This document shows positions 1 to 10,929 of a stretch of 64,000 nt of DNA, piece after piece. The stretch's first letter is position 1. Every line of letters begins with the position of its first letter. The notes under the pieces were generated by a model. The model did not search any database and was not told where the DNA came from. It saw nothing but the letters and a program-made list of their open reading frames with translations. The translations under genes were made by a program, and so were the position numbers. The DNA comes from an uncultured delta proteobacterium (GTDB lineage Bacteria; Bdellovibrionota; FAC87; UBA2466): contig CAVZSV010000004.1 in assembly GCA_963778115.1 (NCBI GenBank), positions 2,208,001 through 2,272,000 of the forward strand, given 5' to 3'.

Positions 1-1485
1 GCTTCCTCCGAAGACGTTGGGATCCAGGCCCAAGTTTTCAAGCTCGATGGGCTGAGGGACATACGCCTCTTTGCAATTCTTGCAAGACTTACGAATAAGT
101 CGCTGAGCCAAAACCGCCAGTAACGAAGAAGAGACTAAAAAAGGCTCTACTCCCATATCGACAAGTCGAGTGACGGCGCCAGGGGCATCATTAGTATGAA
201 TCGTAGCAAAAACTAAGTGACCTGTTAAAGAGGCTTGAATTGCGATTTCAGCGGTTTCTTTATCTCGAATTTCTCCGACCATGATCACATCGGGATCTTG
301 ACGAAGAATAGCTCTAAGACCCGAAGCAAAAGTAAGTCCAATCTTGGGATTGACCTGAATTTGTCCGACGCCTTTAAGATCATATTCAATCGGATCTTCA
401 ACCGTAATGATATTTCGTTCGATGGAATTGATTCGAGTTAAGGCCGCATAGAGGGTCGTCGTTTTGCCGCTACCGGTGGGGCCGGTAACGAGAATGATGC
501 CGTGCTTTTTGTGAATCAACTGATTGACGGTCTGAATCGTATGTTCTTCGAAACCTAAATCCACGAGGTCTAATCGGACGCTACTTTTGTCCAAGATACG
601 AAGGACTAATCGCTCTCCGTGCGCCGTTGGGATGACCGAAAGACGAAGATCGATATCTTTACCGGCGATCTTAATCTTGATGCGACCGTCCTGCGGAAGT
701 CGTTTTTCGGCAATGTCCAGTTCGCCCATCAACTTAATACGCGAAGACATGCCGGCATGGAGCCCTTTCGGCGGACGTGCGACATCATAAAGTACTCCGT
801 CGATACGCAGACGGACCGCCATGTCTTTTTCATAAGGCTCAATATGAATGTCGGAAGCTTTGTCTTTGACCGCTCGGAAAAGCAAGTTATTGACGAAACG
901 GATGACCGGAGCATCATCTTCCGAAGACTCCAAGAGGTCGACGGTCTCTTCGAGATTGTATTCAAAATCTTCATTTTCGGATTCATTTCCGATCTCCGAC
1001 ATGATGTTTTGACGAACTCGCTCATAGACTCGGTTAATGGAATCCAACACGAATTTGCTTTCGCAAAGGACTGGTTTTACCTCTTTTTGAAAGATAACTC
1101 GGAGATCGTCCAAACATTGCAGGTTAAAGGGATCGGAAATAACTACCGTCACGGCATAGTCGTCCATCGCTATCGGCAAGACTTCAAACTGCCGGGCATA
1201 GGTAATGGGAATTTCTTTAACCCAATCAGGATTAATATGATTGACATCGATCTCTTTGAGATAAGGAATTCCTAACTGGAGTCCCAATGCGATTAAGATC
1301 TCATTGGGCTGGAGAAACTTCTTTTGAATGAGAATCTCTCCAAGACGTCCCCCTTTTTCCTTTTGAAGCAACAGGGCCTCTTTGAGTTGAGGTTCTGTTA
1401 AAGAGGTATGGGCAAGCAAGATCTCACCGATCTTGGTCTCCTGTTTCAGTGCCCTATTAATGACATCTCTCGCGCTATTCTTCAT
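1..1485 (-). CDS. gspE: Type II secretion ATPase GspE (runs off window start)
   Basis: Manual translation from the ATG at 1485 gives MKNSARDVINRALKQETKIGEILL, a Walker A motif GPTGSGKTTTLY (~450-490) and LRQDPDVIMVGEIRD (~260-310). It lies directly downstream of gspD. Confidence 0.93.
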   Translation of the reverse strand, partial: MKNSARDVINRALKQETKIGEILLAHTSLTEPQLKEALLLQKEKGGRLGEILIQKKFLQPNEILIALGLQLGIPYLKEIDVNHINPDWVKEIPITYARQFEVLPIAMDDYAVTVVISDPFNLQCLDDLRVIFQKEVKPVLCESKFVLDSINRVYERVRQNIMSEIGNESENEDFEYNLEETVDLLESSEDDAPVIRFVNNLLFRAVKDKASDIHIEPYEKDMAVRLRIDGVLYDVARPPKGLHAGMSSRIKLMGELDIAEKRLPQDGRIKIKIAGKDIDLRLSVIPTAHGERLVLRILDKSSVRLDLVDLGFEEHTIQTVNQLIHKKHGIILVTGPTGSGKTTTLYAALTRINSIERNIITVEDPIEYDLKGVGQIQVNPKIGLTFASGLRAILRQDPDVIMVGEIRDKETAEIAIQASLTGHLVFATIHTNDAPGAVTRLVDMGVEPFLVSSSLLAVLAQRLIRKSCKNCKEAYVPQPIELENLGLDPNVFGGS

Positions 1486-1512
1486 GATGTTTTCTGACCT
1501 CTTGGGCGACTA

Positions 1513-4395
1513 TCATTGGCCACCTTGATTTTGTTCTGGCGGCGTTTGGAGTAAGGGCGCATCAGGCCCCAGTCCAGGGGCTGGTCCAGGAGCCCCTTGT
1601 GGAGGGGGCACCGGGATATTTTGCTGGGTTTGGCCGCCCGGGATAGCCGGAGCATTTCGCTCAATCATACTGCGAGGTGCGTCTTTGTTCTCGGATTCTT
1701 TCACTGGAGGTTCCTCGATGTTCGAGCTTTCGTCGGATTTTAGTTTTTTGATGTCCACATCATCATCGTCATCATTATTGTTGCGGTAATTAAACAGCGG
1801 TTCGGTTTTTGCGCGCTCTTTTTGTTCTTCAAGTTTTTTCTTGTAAGCGGCGATTTCCTCTTTCTCTGGATCGTCCCCATTTAATTCTTCGTTCACATAC
1901 TCTTTGCGTTTGCCAAGCTTATCATCGATAAGAGTAGCCCCCTCTAGGCTGGTTCCTATGATGCGAGGATGAAGTAGGATGACTAAATTCGTTTTGATCG
2001 TTTCGTATTGGTTACTCTTAAAGAGCCAGCCTAAAATCGGAATGTCGCCCAGAAGAGGAACCTTGCTATCGCTTTCGGTGACGGTGTCGGAGATGAGCCC
2101 CCCTAGCATGATGTAGTCCTGATCTCTCACACTCACCGACGTGTTGGTGACCCGAGTCGTTTTTGCCTTTTGGATATTTTGCAATGCTTGCGGCACTGCA
2201 TTGTTCGCTTTTAGGGTATCCACGGTCTGTTCGATCTGGAGTCGAATGGTGCGGCTTGCGGCATTAATCTGCGGAGTCAGCGCAATATCGATACCGCTCT
2301 TTAAAATAGTGATGTTTCCCGTTCCCACCGTCGTTGTGGTGGCTCCCGGATTTAACGTGAAACTCGATTGCACGGGGATTTCATCTTGTACTTTGAATTG
2401 GGCCTTCTCGTTATCGAGTGCAATGATCTGCGGTGTCGAGAGCACCGATGTTTTGGTGTTCGTCGTAAGGAAGTTTAATAAACCCATGAAGGCATTGACG
2501 TTCACCTGTTGTCCCGCGACGGTACTGTTCCATCCTGGCCCTGCGAAGACAGGTAGAGTGGCACCCGGAAGCGGAGTTCCGGTAATGAAATTGGTGATAC
2601 TGTTTTGATCTCCGATGAAGCCTCCCGCGAAACCTCGAGTTCCCGGAGCTCCGAGTGCGGTATTCACGTTAAGCTGGGTCTGTTTATCCAGAGAGATTTC
2701 CAGAATGGCCGATTCGATGAAGACCTGAAGCCTTGGAATATCCAATTTCTTTAAGACTCGTTTTAGAGTCTTGTAATCGCTTGCGTTCGCCGTAACCACC
2801 AATGAATTGGTTGCAGTGTCGGAAGTGACGCGAACTCCGCCGTCTAGCTCAGCGGAGACGGGTCCCGTGGAATTAGTGCCGAATACCTGAGGAGTTTGCC
2901 CCTGACCTCCGGCTCCTGGTGTGGACGCTTGGGGGGAGGAGACGCTTGTCTTTCGGCTGGATCCCTTGCCACCGGGTCCTCCCGAAGACAGAGAGCTTAG
3001 GGTTGCCGCGAGGTCTTCCGCTTTTGCGTATTCGCAATAATAAACATGAATTTTTCCCGTGTCGGTCACTCTGATATCGAGCTTGTCCACCAACTTTACA
3101 AGAGTGATGAAACCAGCTTGATTGGCCAGCACGACTAAGCTGTTAGTGGCTTCATCAGGAATAATTTTGGTGATGATACCGCCCCCACGGGTCCTCTCGA
3201 GTGAACTTCGGCTAAAGGTACGGGCAGCTCCAGCTCCTCCGGTTGATCCCCCTTTTTTATCACCGTAAATTTCTCCCAGCATATCGGAAATGGTCTTTGC
3301 TGAAGTATTTTTGATTCTAAGTACGTGAAGCGTGGTTTCGAAGCTTTTCACATCCAGAGTTTCTAAGATCTCTTTAATGCGCTGAATGTTGGAACCCGTA
3401 TCCGTAATAATAATCGAGTTGGTGGGCTCGTAAGCGAAGAGTTTTCCCTGTCTCGTAGTAAGATCGCGAAACTCGCGAGAGACTTCGTCAGAATTAATGT
3501 ATTTAAGCTGGAAGATACGGGTGATGAACTGGTCGTCTTTAGGAGCGTAATCACCCGAATAAGTCTTTACCGGAGATCTTCTTGCTTCAGCCGATTCGAT
3601 AATCCGAATGAATTTTCCACTCTGGACCGTCGTGAGTCCATTGGCATCTAAGGCCGACAGGAAGGCATTGTAGGCTTCCTGCAAAGTCACCTGACTCGGT
3701 CCGATGATGGTTATCTTCCCTCGGACTTTATTATCTAAAATAAAGTTCTTCCCGGTCCATTTACTGATTAGCGTAACAACATCGCGAATGTCTTTGTCGG
3801 GGAGGTCGAAGTTTTTTACTTCAAGTCCCTTCACCGAGGAATCGAGTTCGAGATAATCGGCTAGTTTTTGCGGGGGCTTTGAAGCCACCGTTTCTCCCAA
3901 ACCGCCTCCGAAACCACCGTTTTGGGTAGGAAGTCCCGCTTGGTTGTTTTGGGGAAGATTTCCCCGATTGGGGGCTGCTGGATAAGAAGGACGCGCGAGG
4001 GGCGGGGGGGTAGCTCGACTCGGTGCCGGCGAAAGGGTTCCGGGTTTCGAATTTGAAGGTGCGGTAGGATAGGACGGAGCGCCCCGCATCTGAGGGGGAT
4101 TTGGATTCGGATTGGTTGGCGGAGCATTGTTGGGGTTATTGGGGGCCGGAAATCCAAAGTTTCCATCAGGCGAAAAATCATCATCTTCAGGTAATCCACT
4201 GGGCCCATTTCCGTTGGCGGGAGGCGGAGGCGCTGGGTTAACATTGCCAAAGGGATTTGGGTTTTCGGCGAAGCTCGTTGGCAATGCCCCCATCAGACAC
4301 AGTAAAACCAAAAGACTACCGAAGCTCTTGATACCATTCTTCACGGCTAGAGCCCTCTCTGTATTAGGTATGTGCGATTTTTGGTTCATCATCAT
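1513..4395 (-). CDS. gspD: Type II secretion secretin GspD with long Pro/Asn-rich N-terminal extension
   Basis: N-domain motifs (DIRDVVTLISKWTGKNFILDNKVRGKITII, TNSLVV repeats) and the C-terminal secretin signature KVPLLGDIPILGWLF. Confidence 0.95.
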   Translation of the reverse strand: MMMNQKSHIPNTERALAVKNGIKSFGSLLVLLCLMGALPTSFAENPNPFGNVNPAPPPPANGNGPSGLPEDDDFSPDGNFGFPAPNNPNNAPPTNPNPNPPQMRGAPSYPTAPSNSKPGTLSPAPSRATPPPLARPSYPAAPNRGNLPQNNQAGLPTQNGGFGGGLGETVASKPPQKLADYLELDSSVKGLEVKNFDLPDKDIRDVVTLISKWTGKNFILDNKVRGKITIIGPSQVTLQEAYNAFLSALDANGLTTVQSGKFIRIIESAEARRSPVKTYSGDYAPKDDQFITRIFQLKYINSDEVSREFRDLTTRQGKLFAYEPTNSIIITDTGSNIQRIKEILETLDVKSFETTLHVLRIKNTSAKTISDMLGEIYGDKKGGSTGGAGAARTFSRSSLERTRGGGIITKIIPDEATNSLVVLANQAGFITLVKLVDKLDIRVTDTGKIHVYYCEYAKAEDLAATLSSLSSGGPGGKGSSRKTSVSSPQASTPGAGGQGQTPQVFGTNSTGPVSAELDGGVRVTSDTATNSLVVTANASDYKTLKRVLKKLDIPRLQVFIESAILEISLDKQTQLNVNTALGAPGTRGFAGGFIGDQNSITNFITGTPLPGATLPVFAGPGWNSTVAGQQVNVNAFMGLLNFLTTNTKTSVLSTPQIIALDNEKAQFKVQDEIPVQSSFTLNPGATTTTVGTGNITILKSGIDIALTPQINAASRTIRLQIEQTVDTLKANNAVPQALQNIQKAKTTRVTNTSVSVRDQDYIMLGGLISDTVTESDSKVPLLGDIPILGWLFKSNQYETIKTNLVILLHPRIIGTSLEGATLIDDKLGKRKEYVNEELNGDDPEKEEIAAYKKKLEEQKERAKTEPLFNYRNNNDDDDDVDIKKLKSDESSNIEEPPVKESENKDAPRSMIERNAPAIPGGQTQQNIPVPPPQGAPGPAPGLGPDAPLLQTPPEQNQGGQ

Positions 4396-5462
4396 TTCAC
4401 GTTAAAGGTCAAAGTCGTTTTCTCGCCACCTCGAATGATTCCTAAAATGACGTCTGGCGAGTTTCTTAGGCGTTGAAATGCTTCTAGTCCCTTTCCAGCA
4501 TTATCTAAAACGATGTCGTTCACGTTCGTTAGAATATCTCCCTGGTGAATCCCTAACTGAGCAAAGGGAGAACCCGGATCAACCGATTGCACTAAGAATC
4601 CCATAAACTTTCCGGTTCCCGGCTCTAAGTAGGGGACCGCACGGGCCGTTTGCAAAACATCAGGAAGATTGTGAAGTTTGTCTTCTAAAAAGGATTTCTT
4701 TACCGCGTAGGTCTTTTCGTTGATGGGGGTGATACCATCCGTTCCCGATAGGCTGGCGTTGCCAATGGCCCCCCCTTCTTCGGGAATTTCTGCATATTCG
4801 AACTCGCCGGTGGAGCGGATCTGGAAGCAAAACTTTTTCCGCTCTACCTTTTTGGCGACGAACTTTCCATCAAAAAAACTTTCGTCCTTCTTTACGGCGA
4901 TTTTAGTGGCATTTCCCTCTTCTTGCAAAAGCGCCACGGATAAATTTTCGTCGTTCATCACGATAGTTCCCAAGAGCTGAATTCTTTGGGTTGTTAATTT
5001 AGCCAGGCTCATACATTCCAACTGTCCTTGGCCGATAATCGGAGGGATAACTCCCTCCACGTTAAACATATTTCGCTTCTCGATAGCACCGTACTCGCTC
5101 GATGCGGTCGGAGTCATCCGTTGGATGGGAGGGGCGACTCTCCGAGGGGGGGCCATATAATTCGGACGTACCATTAATCCCAGCATCCGATCCGTGATTT
5201 CGGCGGCCAGAAAAAGGGCCAGAACGATGATTCCCCAGCGAATCCAGTTGGAATGCTCCGAAATTTTCTTGAGTTCGACCTTTTTGAGATCAAACTCAAA
5301 CCGCGTGGGGGTCTTTCCCGAGAATTTATTCTTAAATGACGCGGTTAGTCGTTGCCAGGCGCGACCATTCATTAGTCGGCTGCCTTTGGACTTTGCCCCA
5401 TCGAGCCAAGCCTTCAGGCGGTCAGGAATTCCTTTGGAAGAGTCGTCTGGGTTGTCGTTCAC
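4392..5462 (-). CDS. gspC: Type II secretion protein GspC (TM, HR and PDZ domains)
   Basis: One TM helix, LLGTIV HR motif and C-terminal PDZ (GSPFAQLGIHQGDIL). Overlaps the gspD start. Confidence 0.88.
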   Translation of the reverse strand: MNDNPDDSSKGIPDRLKAWLDGAKSKGSRLMNGRAWQRLTASFKNKFSGKTPTRFEFDLKKVELKKISEHSNWIRWGIIVLALFLAAEITDRMLGLMVRPNYMAPPRRVAPPIQRMTPTASSEYGAIEKRNMFNVEGVIPPIIGQGQLECMSLAKLTTQRIQLLGTIVMNDENLSVALLQEEGNATKIAVKKDESFFDGKFVAKKVERKKFCFQIRSTGEFEYAEIPEEGGAIGNASLSGTDGITPINEKTYAVKKSFLEDKLHNLPDVLQTARAVPYLEPGTGKFMGFLVQSVDPGSPFAQLGIHQGDILTNVNDIVLDNAGKGLEAFQRLRNSPDVILGIIRGGEKTTLTFNVK

Positions 5463-5533
5463 ACATCACCTGGCACACATCGCCTTGCACAGATCTTCTG
5501 GCACACGTTATATAGTTGATCAGCTTCCTACAC

Positions 5534-5549
5534 TGCAATGTGCGGGCCA
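5534..5549 (-). promoter_or_regulatory. Putative sigma54 (-24/-12) promoter of gspCDE
   Basis: Minus strand reads TGGCCCGCACATTGCA, which is GG-N10-GC. Confidence 0.55.
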
Positions 5550-5716
5550 CGTCGATTGCACCCTTTTTTCACCCCACACTCACCCTGAAAGGCGTTCCAA
5601 AGTTGAACTTAACGCACCTTAGCATAGACCTATTGTCAAAGGGGAGACTGTTTTGGCAGGGTTTCTGTGACAATTTGGCAATGACGTTGCCCTACTTGAG
5701 AAGGTAAAAAAGGCGG

Positions 5717-6109
5717 GTGACCATAGAATCCCACTCGACTTCCGATAGCCAACTTTTCGAAGAGGGCTGCCGCTATTTTAATGAGGGCAATTATTTTGAA
5801 GCGCATGAATCTTGGGAAGAGCTTTGGACTCAGGCGCAGGGGCAAAGGCATGCCTATTTGCAGTGCCTCATTCAGGTATCGGTAGCCTTACACCATGCAA
5901 GCCGAGAAAACTGGGCGGGAGCAAGAAAGCTATTGGCATCCTCGTTAGATTACCTGGAAAAGGGGCGCTTAGGCGGAGACGAAGTTGACCTGGAACGATT
6001 GAAAGATCACATCTTGGACTTTGAGTTGGCCATTCAAAAAAGGTTGAATGACGCATCGAGCGATGAACTTCCCTTTTTTGAGATGCCTCGTGTGGAGGAA
6101 AGTTCATGA
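5717..6109 (+). CDS. DUF309 family protein
   Basis: FNEGNYFEAHESWEELW...LQCLIQVSVALHH motif. Confidence 0.88.
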   Translation: MTIESHSTSDSQLFEEGCRYFNEGNYFEAHESWEELWTQAQGQRHAYLQCLIQVSVALHHASRENWAGARKLLASSLDYLEKGRLGGDEVDLERLKDHILDFELAIQKRLNDASSDELPFFEMPRVEESS

Positions 6110-7029
6110 GCCATTCCCATCACGAGCATCACCACGGTCACGGCCATTCTCATACTCACGGCCATCCGACCCGCCAATTATGGTGGCTATCGTTACTCAC
6201 TGTGAGCTATCTGATTGCTGAGATAGTGGGCGGCTTGACGAGCGGATCGCTAGCACTTTTAGCGGATGCCGGTCACATGGCCATCGATGTAGCTTCCATC
6301 GCGCTTAGCATCTTTGCCGTCTGGGTAGCTAAAAGGCCCGCAACTTCGGCCAAAACTTTCGGATACTACCGTGCTGAAATCTTAGCAGCTCTTGTGAACG
6401 GCGCTTTGTTGTTCGGTGTGGCACTTGGAATTTTTTATGAGGCGCTGGAACGCTTTTCCCATCCTGAGCCTATTCGTGTCGGGATTATGGCGGCCGTCTC
6501 GGCGGGCGGAGTCGCGGTGAATTTGATCGGATTGGTTCTGGTTCGACGTAACTGCAAAGACAATCTTAATCTGCGAGGGGTGTGGCTGCACGTGGCGACC
6601 GATGCGTTAGGATCGGCCGCTTCTCTTTTGGCTTCGGGACTTATCTTTGCGTTCGGTTGGACGATAGCGGATCCTTTGCTTTCCATCTTGCTTGCGGGAT
6701 TTATCTTATTTGGGGCTTATCATCTTCTTTACGATTGCGTGAATGTCCTTCTCGAAGGAGTGCCTAAGGGAATGGATGTTGCGGCTATCCGAAAGCGAAT
6801 CGAGGCATACCCTTCTGTCCAGCGAGTTCACGACCTCCATGTATGGGCTGTCACTAGTGGCGTTCATTCGCTGAGTGCTCACGTTCTCATTTCCGACGGG
6901 GTAGACTATTGCGAGATTTTGGCGGGAATCATTCAGCTTCTGGAAAAAGAATTTTCGATCGAGCATGTGACTTTACAACTCGAGCCTCCAGGCTTTGTTC
7001 ATGCCAAAGATCTTCATCTACACGCCTAA
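6106..7029 (+). CDS. Cation diffusion facilitator (CzcD/ZitB-like) metal exporter
   Basis: His-rich N-terminus, [29 protein letters not shown] and VHDLHVW motifs. Confidence 0.93.
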   Translation: MSHSHHEHHHGHGHSHTHGHPTRQLWWLSLLTVSYLIAEIVGGLTSGSLALLADAGHMAIDVASIALSIFAVWVAKRPATSAKTFGYYRAEILAALVNGALLFGVALGIFYEALERFSHPEPIRVGIMAAVSAGGVAVNLIGLVLVRRNCKDNLNLRGVWLHVATDALGSAASLLASGLIFAFGWTIADPLLSILLAGFILFGAYHLLYDCVNVLLEGVPKGMDVAAIRKRIEAYPSVQRVHDLHVWAVTSGVHSLSAHVLISDGVDYCEILAGIIQLLEKEFSIEHVTLQLEPPGFVHAKDLHLHA

Positions 7030-7431
7030 CATCTTGATCACGACCCGTTTCTTTCGCTGTCCATCGAACTCAGCGTAAAAAACCTGCTCCCAAGGACCTA
7101 AATCTAATTTTCCGTCGGTAATGGGTAAGAGGGTCTGGTGGTGCAGTAACGTCCGCTTCAAATGAGCGTCGGCATTGTCTTCCCCAGTTTGGTGGTGCAA
7201 ATAATCCGGTTTTGCGGGGGCAAGAAGCTCTAGCCATGTTTGGAGATCTTTTTTCAAGCCTTGTTCTTCGTCGTTTACCCAGATGGCTGAAGTAATGTGC
7301 ATGGCGGAGACCAAACACATTCCATCGGTGATTTCGGATCTCTCCACCAGTTCAGAAATGCGATCGGTAATGTTGATCAGCTCTTTACGTTGTCGTGTCT
7401 CAAACCAGAGGTAGTCCGTAAATGTTTTCAT
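7018..7431 (-). CDS. yjbQ: YjbQ / UPF0047 family protein
   Basis: [38 protein letters not shown] motifs. Start probably at 7431 or 7440. Confidence 0.9.
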   Translation of the reverse strand: MKTFTDYLWFETRQRKELINITDRISELVERSEITDGMCLVSAMHITSAIWVNDEEQGLKKDLQTWLELLAPAKPDYLHHQTGEDNADAHLKRTLLHHQTLLPITDGKLDLGPWEQVFYAEFDGQRKKRVVIKMLGV

Positions 7432-7557
7432 GAGGGTCATATGACTCCATTTATGCTTCATGTCAAAGGCCGGACGGCATAACGCGAACCGTCGATAGAA
7501 TCCATTGATTTGGCGACGTCCCTCTATCATCATCGAAATCGGCTGGGGGGCTAAGGA

Positions 7558-8166
7558 ATGAAAACGGGCAAGAGAATGTTTTTTGTCGCCGTAGGGGTTG
7601 TTGGGATAATGGGGACGTCATTCGGACAGGCTTTTGGAGAGACGGCCACTCCGAGCTATATCCAGTTAGAGGGCAGACTCGATTTTAGCCCAGGACAATC
7701 GGGGCAGGCAGAGTGCAAACTCGATCAGGCGTTGGGTTGCAATCTCACCTTTATCGGATTGGAATTTAGCGGCACTGCCATCACGAGAGCCTTCTTAAGT
7801 GAAGACCCCAGTAGCGAGGGAGTTCCCCCCGCCACCATCGATTTTGACCCAGATGAATTGGGTAAGCTTCAGCTGGTTCAGGACCCTCAGGGGCGTTACT
7901 GGGTACAACAATTTTATCTCAAGCAAAGAGAGATCGAATGGCTTCTCAGCCATACCTGTGAATTGCCGGCGTTGGGTTTTGGAGTGAACACCGTGGGAGG
8001 GGGTAAGATGGTCTTTACTTTTGATACCCAGGGTTTGGGACAGTACTACTCGCAATCGGCCCCCGTCTGCGAAAACTTTTTGGGCACCTACAATTCGGGT
8101 CAGCCCTATACAGCTTCCTTGAGTTTCGTTCAGGAGAATTACATTCCCGAAGGGGGCCACAAATGA
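7558..8166 (+). CDS. Hypothetical secreted protein
   Basis: ORF with RBS (aagga) and a signal-peptide-like N-terminus. Confidence 0.65.
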   Translation: MKTGKRMFFVAVGVVGIMGTSFGQAFGETATPSYIQLEGRLDFSPGQSGQAECKLDQALGCNLTFIGLEFSGTAITRAFLSEDPSSEGVPPATIDFDPDELGKLQLVQDPQGRYWVQQFYLKQREIEWLLSHTCELPALGFGVNTVGGGKMVFTFDTQGLGQYYSQSAPVCENFLGTYNSGQPYTASLSFVQENYIPEGGHK

Positions 8167-8657
8167 AATTAGAAAAGGTGAGATTTAAAAGAGTCTTGAT
8201 TCTGACAAGCCTCCTGCTATCGGCTATTTCAAGAACGGGCACTGCCGACAATTTACCCCCTTATCTTAGTGCTATGACCGGCACTATTTTTACTTCGTTA
8301 CTGGATAGCGCAACCTTTAGTTTCCAACCCGGGCAGCTGGTCCAATGTACGAAATCACCTAATCAAACGGTGGCCACTTGGAATTGTACTCTAAGCAACG
8401 CGTCTGCGACGGTAACCGATGCTACGAGGGGAACCCGCCAATATTTGCTGACCTCAGTGGTTCTGCTCATTACCATGCCCTCGAACGGTCCCTGTTACGA
8501 TTTCCGTTTTACGGGTACCTATGCCGACAAAACGACGTCTCTTCAATCGGGCTTAACCTTGGGACTCTATTATTACTCGAATGCTCCTTCCGCGGTGCGG
8601 GGAACCCTCGCCTTGACCGACTTTGGGGTCGGCGGAAACATCATGATCAATAATTAG
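8163..8657 (+). CDS. Hypothetical secreted protein
   Basis: ATGA overlap with the upstream gene, signal-peptide-like N-terminus, beta-rich composition. Confidence 0.65.
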   Translation: MKLEKVRFKRVLILTSLLLSAISRTGTADNLPPYLSAMTGTIFTSLLDSATFSFQPGQLVQCTKSPNQTVATWNCTLSNASATVTDATRGTRQYLLTSVVLLITMPSNGPCYDFRFTGTYADKTTSLQSGLTLGLYYYSNAPSAVRGTLALTDFGVGGNIMINN

Positions 8658-8734
8658 CACCCGAGTACTTGCTCCATCGAGGCCTTAGTGGACAAAGACG
8701 GGTTACTACGTTAAAAGTTGCAAGTTGCGAATAT

Positions 8735-8807
<73 letters not shown>

Positions 8808-8810
8808 CAT

Positions 8811-8841
8811 AAAAAAGCCGACCATTCAGGTCGGCTTTTTT
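8811..8841. terminator. Bidirectional intrinsic terminator
   Basis: aaaaaagccgacc-attca-ggtcggctttttt between convergent transcripts. Confidence 0.88.
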
Positions 8842-8861
8842 CATTTTCCGCTAATTTTAGA

Positions 8862-9431
8862 TCAATCTCCTTCATCTAAGTAAAGGGCCTTGAAGGAGCC
8901 GGCGTTGTCGAGCACGTAGCAGTTATTGCTATACATCGAAGGGGGCTGATTGGTGGCCGTAAATTGACAAAGTTCCTGTAGGCTAGCGTTTCCGGTTGTA
9001 CTATCCACTGAAATTTGTCCCACCACGATGGGACTTCCCCCTCCGTCATTTTGAATCAATTGGTAGCCATTAGCGGTAGCTCCCCCGCTTACGTTAGGTT
9101 GCAATGTGGTTGAGAATGCCAAGGAGCTGTTGCTCAAGGCCGAACCATCAGTGGGGCATGAAGTCGTAAAGAATCCGACGGTGTCTACTGCCTGCCCCTG
9201 CTGCCCATTAGCACTTTGATGATTCCATTGAATGCAGTTATTTTGGGGCACGATGGAAGATTGCGAGGTGATGTTTTGTACCATCTGAGAGGGATAGCTG
9301 ACGAGGGAGATGGTCGATGGCGTCGTCGAGGCTGAGGTGGATGATCCCCCCGCGGAATTCTTAGAACAACCGCTGCAAAAGAAAGCGGCCGCCAATATAA
9401 AGATGGCGTAGTGAGAGAATGCTTTTTTCAT
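8862..9431 (-). CDS. Hypothetical lipoprotein
   Basis: Lipobox-like FFCSGC, Ser/Thr linker, ggagg RBS. Confidence 0.7.
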   Translation of the reverse strand: MKKAFSHYAIFILAAAFFCSGCSKNSAGGSSTSASTTPSTISLVSYPSQMVQNITSQSSIVPQNNCIQWNHQSANGQQGQAVDTVGFFTTSCPTDGSALSNSSLAFSTTLQPNVSGGATANGYQLIQNDGGGSPIVVGQISVDSTTGNASLQELCQFTATNQPPSMYSNNCYVLDNAGSFKALYLDEGD

Positions 9432-9483
9432 TTTTTTTTCCTCCGCTGCTCGGGCGGCCTCTCTCTCGATGCCCGAAGACAGA

Positions 9484-9498
9484 GCAAATTCTTTGCCA
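9484..9498 (-). promoter_or_regulatory. Putative sigma54 promoter
   Basis: Minus strand TGGCAAAGAATTTGC (GG-N10-GC) about 50 bp upstream of the 9431 start. Confidence 0.65.
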
Positions 9499-9633
9499 AA
9501 GTTTCTGTGCCTATCGGTAGGCGTTCGGAAGAGTAGTTTAGCGTCTTGAAGCGGCGCTAGATGTCACTTACGGTGGCAAAAAGGCGCTCTAGACGGGAGT
9601 AACGGCTTGTGGGAGGCTAGGCGAAAGTCTGGT

Positions 9634-10683
9634 ATGGAAAACGTCGAATTCATCAAAGAAAAAGTCAGGGCCTATTCGTCGACCCTAAAAACGACAGTGA
9701 GTCGTTCGACTATCCATTGGCTGGACTCTCTGACGGGCGGGGCTTTTTCAGCAAGCCGCTTTCGCCAAAAGTACTTCGCTGAAATTCCCGTGGACTTAGC
9801 TAGAATCCCTAGTTTTCGGCGGGAGTTTTTTCCTGACTCCGGGCCATCCCCCTGGATAGATCGTAAGGACGCTCTTCAGCAGATCGCCGCTCGGCTTAAG
9901 AGTAACGAGATTTCAGAGCAGGAAGCGCAATACCTTACGGACATTTATCATCGAGGCTACTTTGTCGCGCGAGGGCTTTTCTCCTCGGACTTAATGGATT
10001 GCATGTGGGCCGTTTATGAGAACGCGGTAAAGTCGGGTAAGATCGTGGTTGCCGACGAAAAGATTTCAGAAAATGATTTTCTTCCGGGACGATTTTTGAA
10101 CCCTCACCGTTATCTCCCCGAACTTCGTAAACTTCATGCCCATCCTAAATTGATGCGGCTTGCTTCTTTAGTCATGGGAAAGCCAGCGATTGCGTATCAG
10201 ACGATTAACTCTTTTAAGGGAAGCCAACAGAAATCCCATTCGGACACGATTCACATGACCACTTACCCTTTGGGTTATCTGACGGCGGCCTGGATCGCTT
10301 TCGAAGATATTCACGAGGATTCGGGTCCCCTATTTTACTATCCTGGCAGCCATCGATTGCCTTACTTACTGAGTCGGGAGGCCGGAATTCCTTTGGGGAG
10401 CTTTGAGTCACGGGGATATGAGCCTTACGGCGCCAAATACGAACCCGCCATTCAAGCGGCCGTCGACAAGGCCGGCTTTACACGGGAGCATTTTATAGCG
10501 AAAAAAGGAGATGTCCTTTTCTGGCACGCCAATCTAGTTCACGGCGGTTCTCTACGCAAAAATCCCAAGCTCTCTCGCAAAGCCATGGTCTGCCATTATT
10601 TCGCGAAAGGCGCTGTCTGCTACCACGATCTTTCCGAAGGACTGGCCAGCATGAAAATCGCGAGCCGGACCTACGCCCATTGA
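9634..10683 (+). CDS. Phytanoyl-CoA dioxygenase (PhyH) family Fe/2OG oxygenase
   Basis: HSDTIH (HxD), AWIAFED...GPLFYYPGSH, GDVLFWHANLVHGG. Confidence 0.88.
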   Translation: MENVEFIKEKVRAYSSTLKTTVSRSTIHWLDSLTGGAFSASRFRQKYFAEIPVDLARIPSFRREFFPDSGPSPWIDRKDALQQIAARLKSNEISEQEAQYLTDIYHRGYFVARGLFSSDLMDCMWAVYENAVKSGKIVVADEKISENDFLPGRFLNPHRYLPELRKLHAHPKLMRLASLVMGKPAIAYQTINSFKGSQQKSHSDTIHMTTYPLGYLTAAWIAFEDIHEDSGPLFYYPGSHRLPYLLSREAGIPLGSFESRGYEPYGAKYEPAIQAAVDKAGFTREHFIAKKGDVLFWHANLVHGGSLRKNPKLSRKAMVCHYFAKGAVCYHDLSEGLASMKIASRTYAH

Positions 10684-10929
10684 GTAGGCTTGGACTTCCC
10701 AGTTTGTAGTTTATTTTTGTGGCGCAGATACACCAATTCAAAACTATTTCAAAAGGCCTCTGGGATTAATTTCCATTACCCTGTCACTTTATAAATGCTC
10801 TGGATATTATAAAGACTAGTATTTCAAGTAGTTAATAATCTTTTGGTTTTGTAAATGACTCAACAAGTCAAAGTTCTTGATTCGCCCCTCGAAATCAGTG
10901 TATTTACCCGCACACAGAAGGAGTTATTT

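Noticed and set aside
235..1275. Plus-strand ORFs of 68, 67 and 218 aa
   Set aside because: They are antisense shadows of gspE, which the ORF track missed because it runs off the window.
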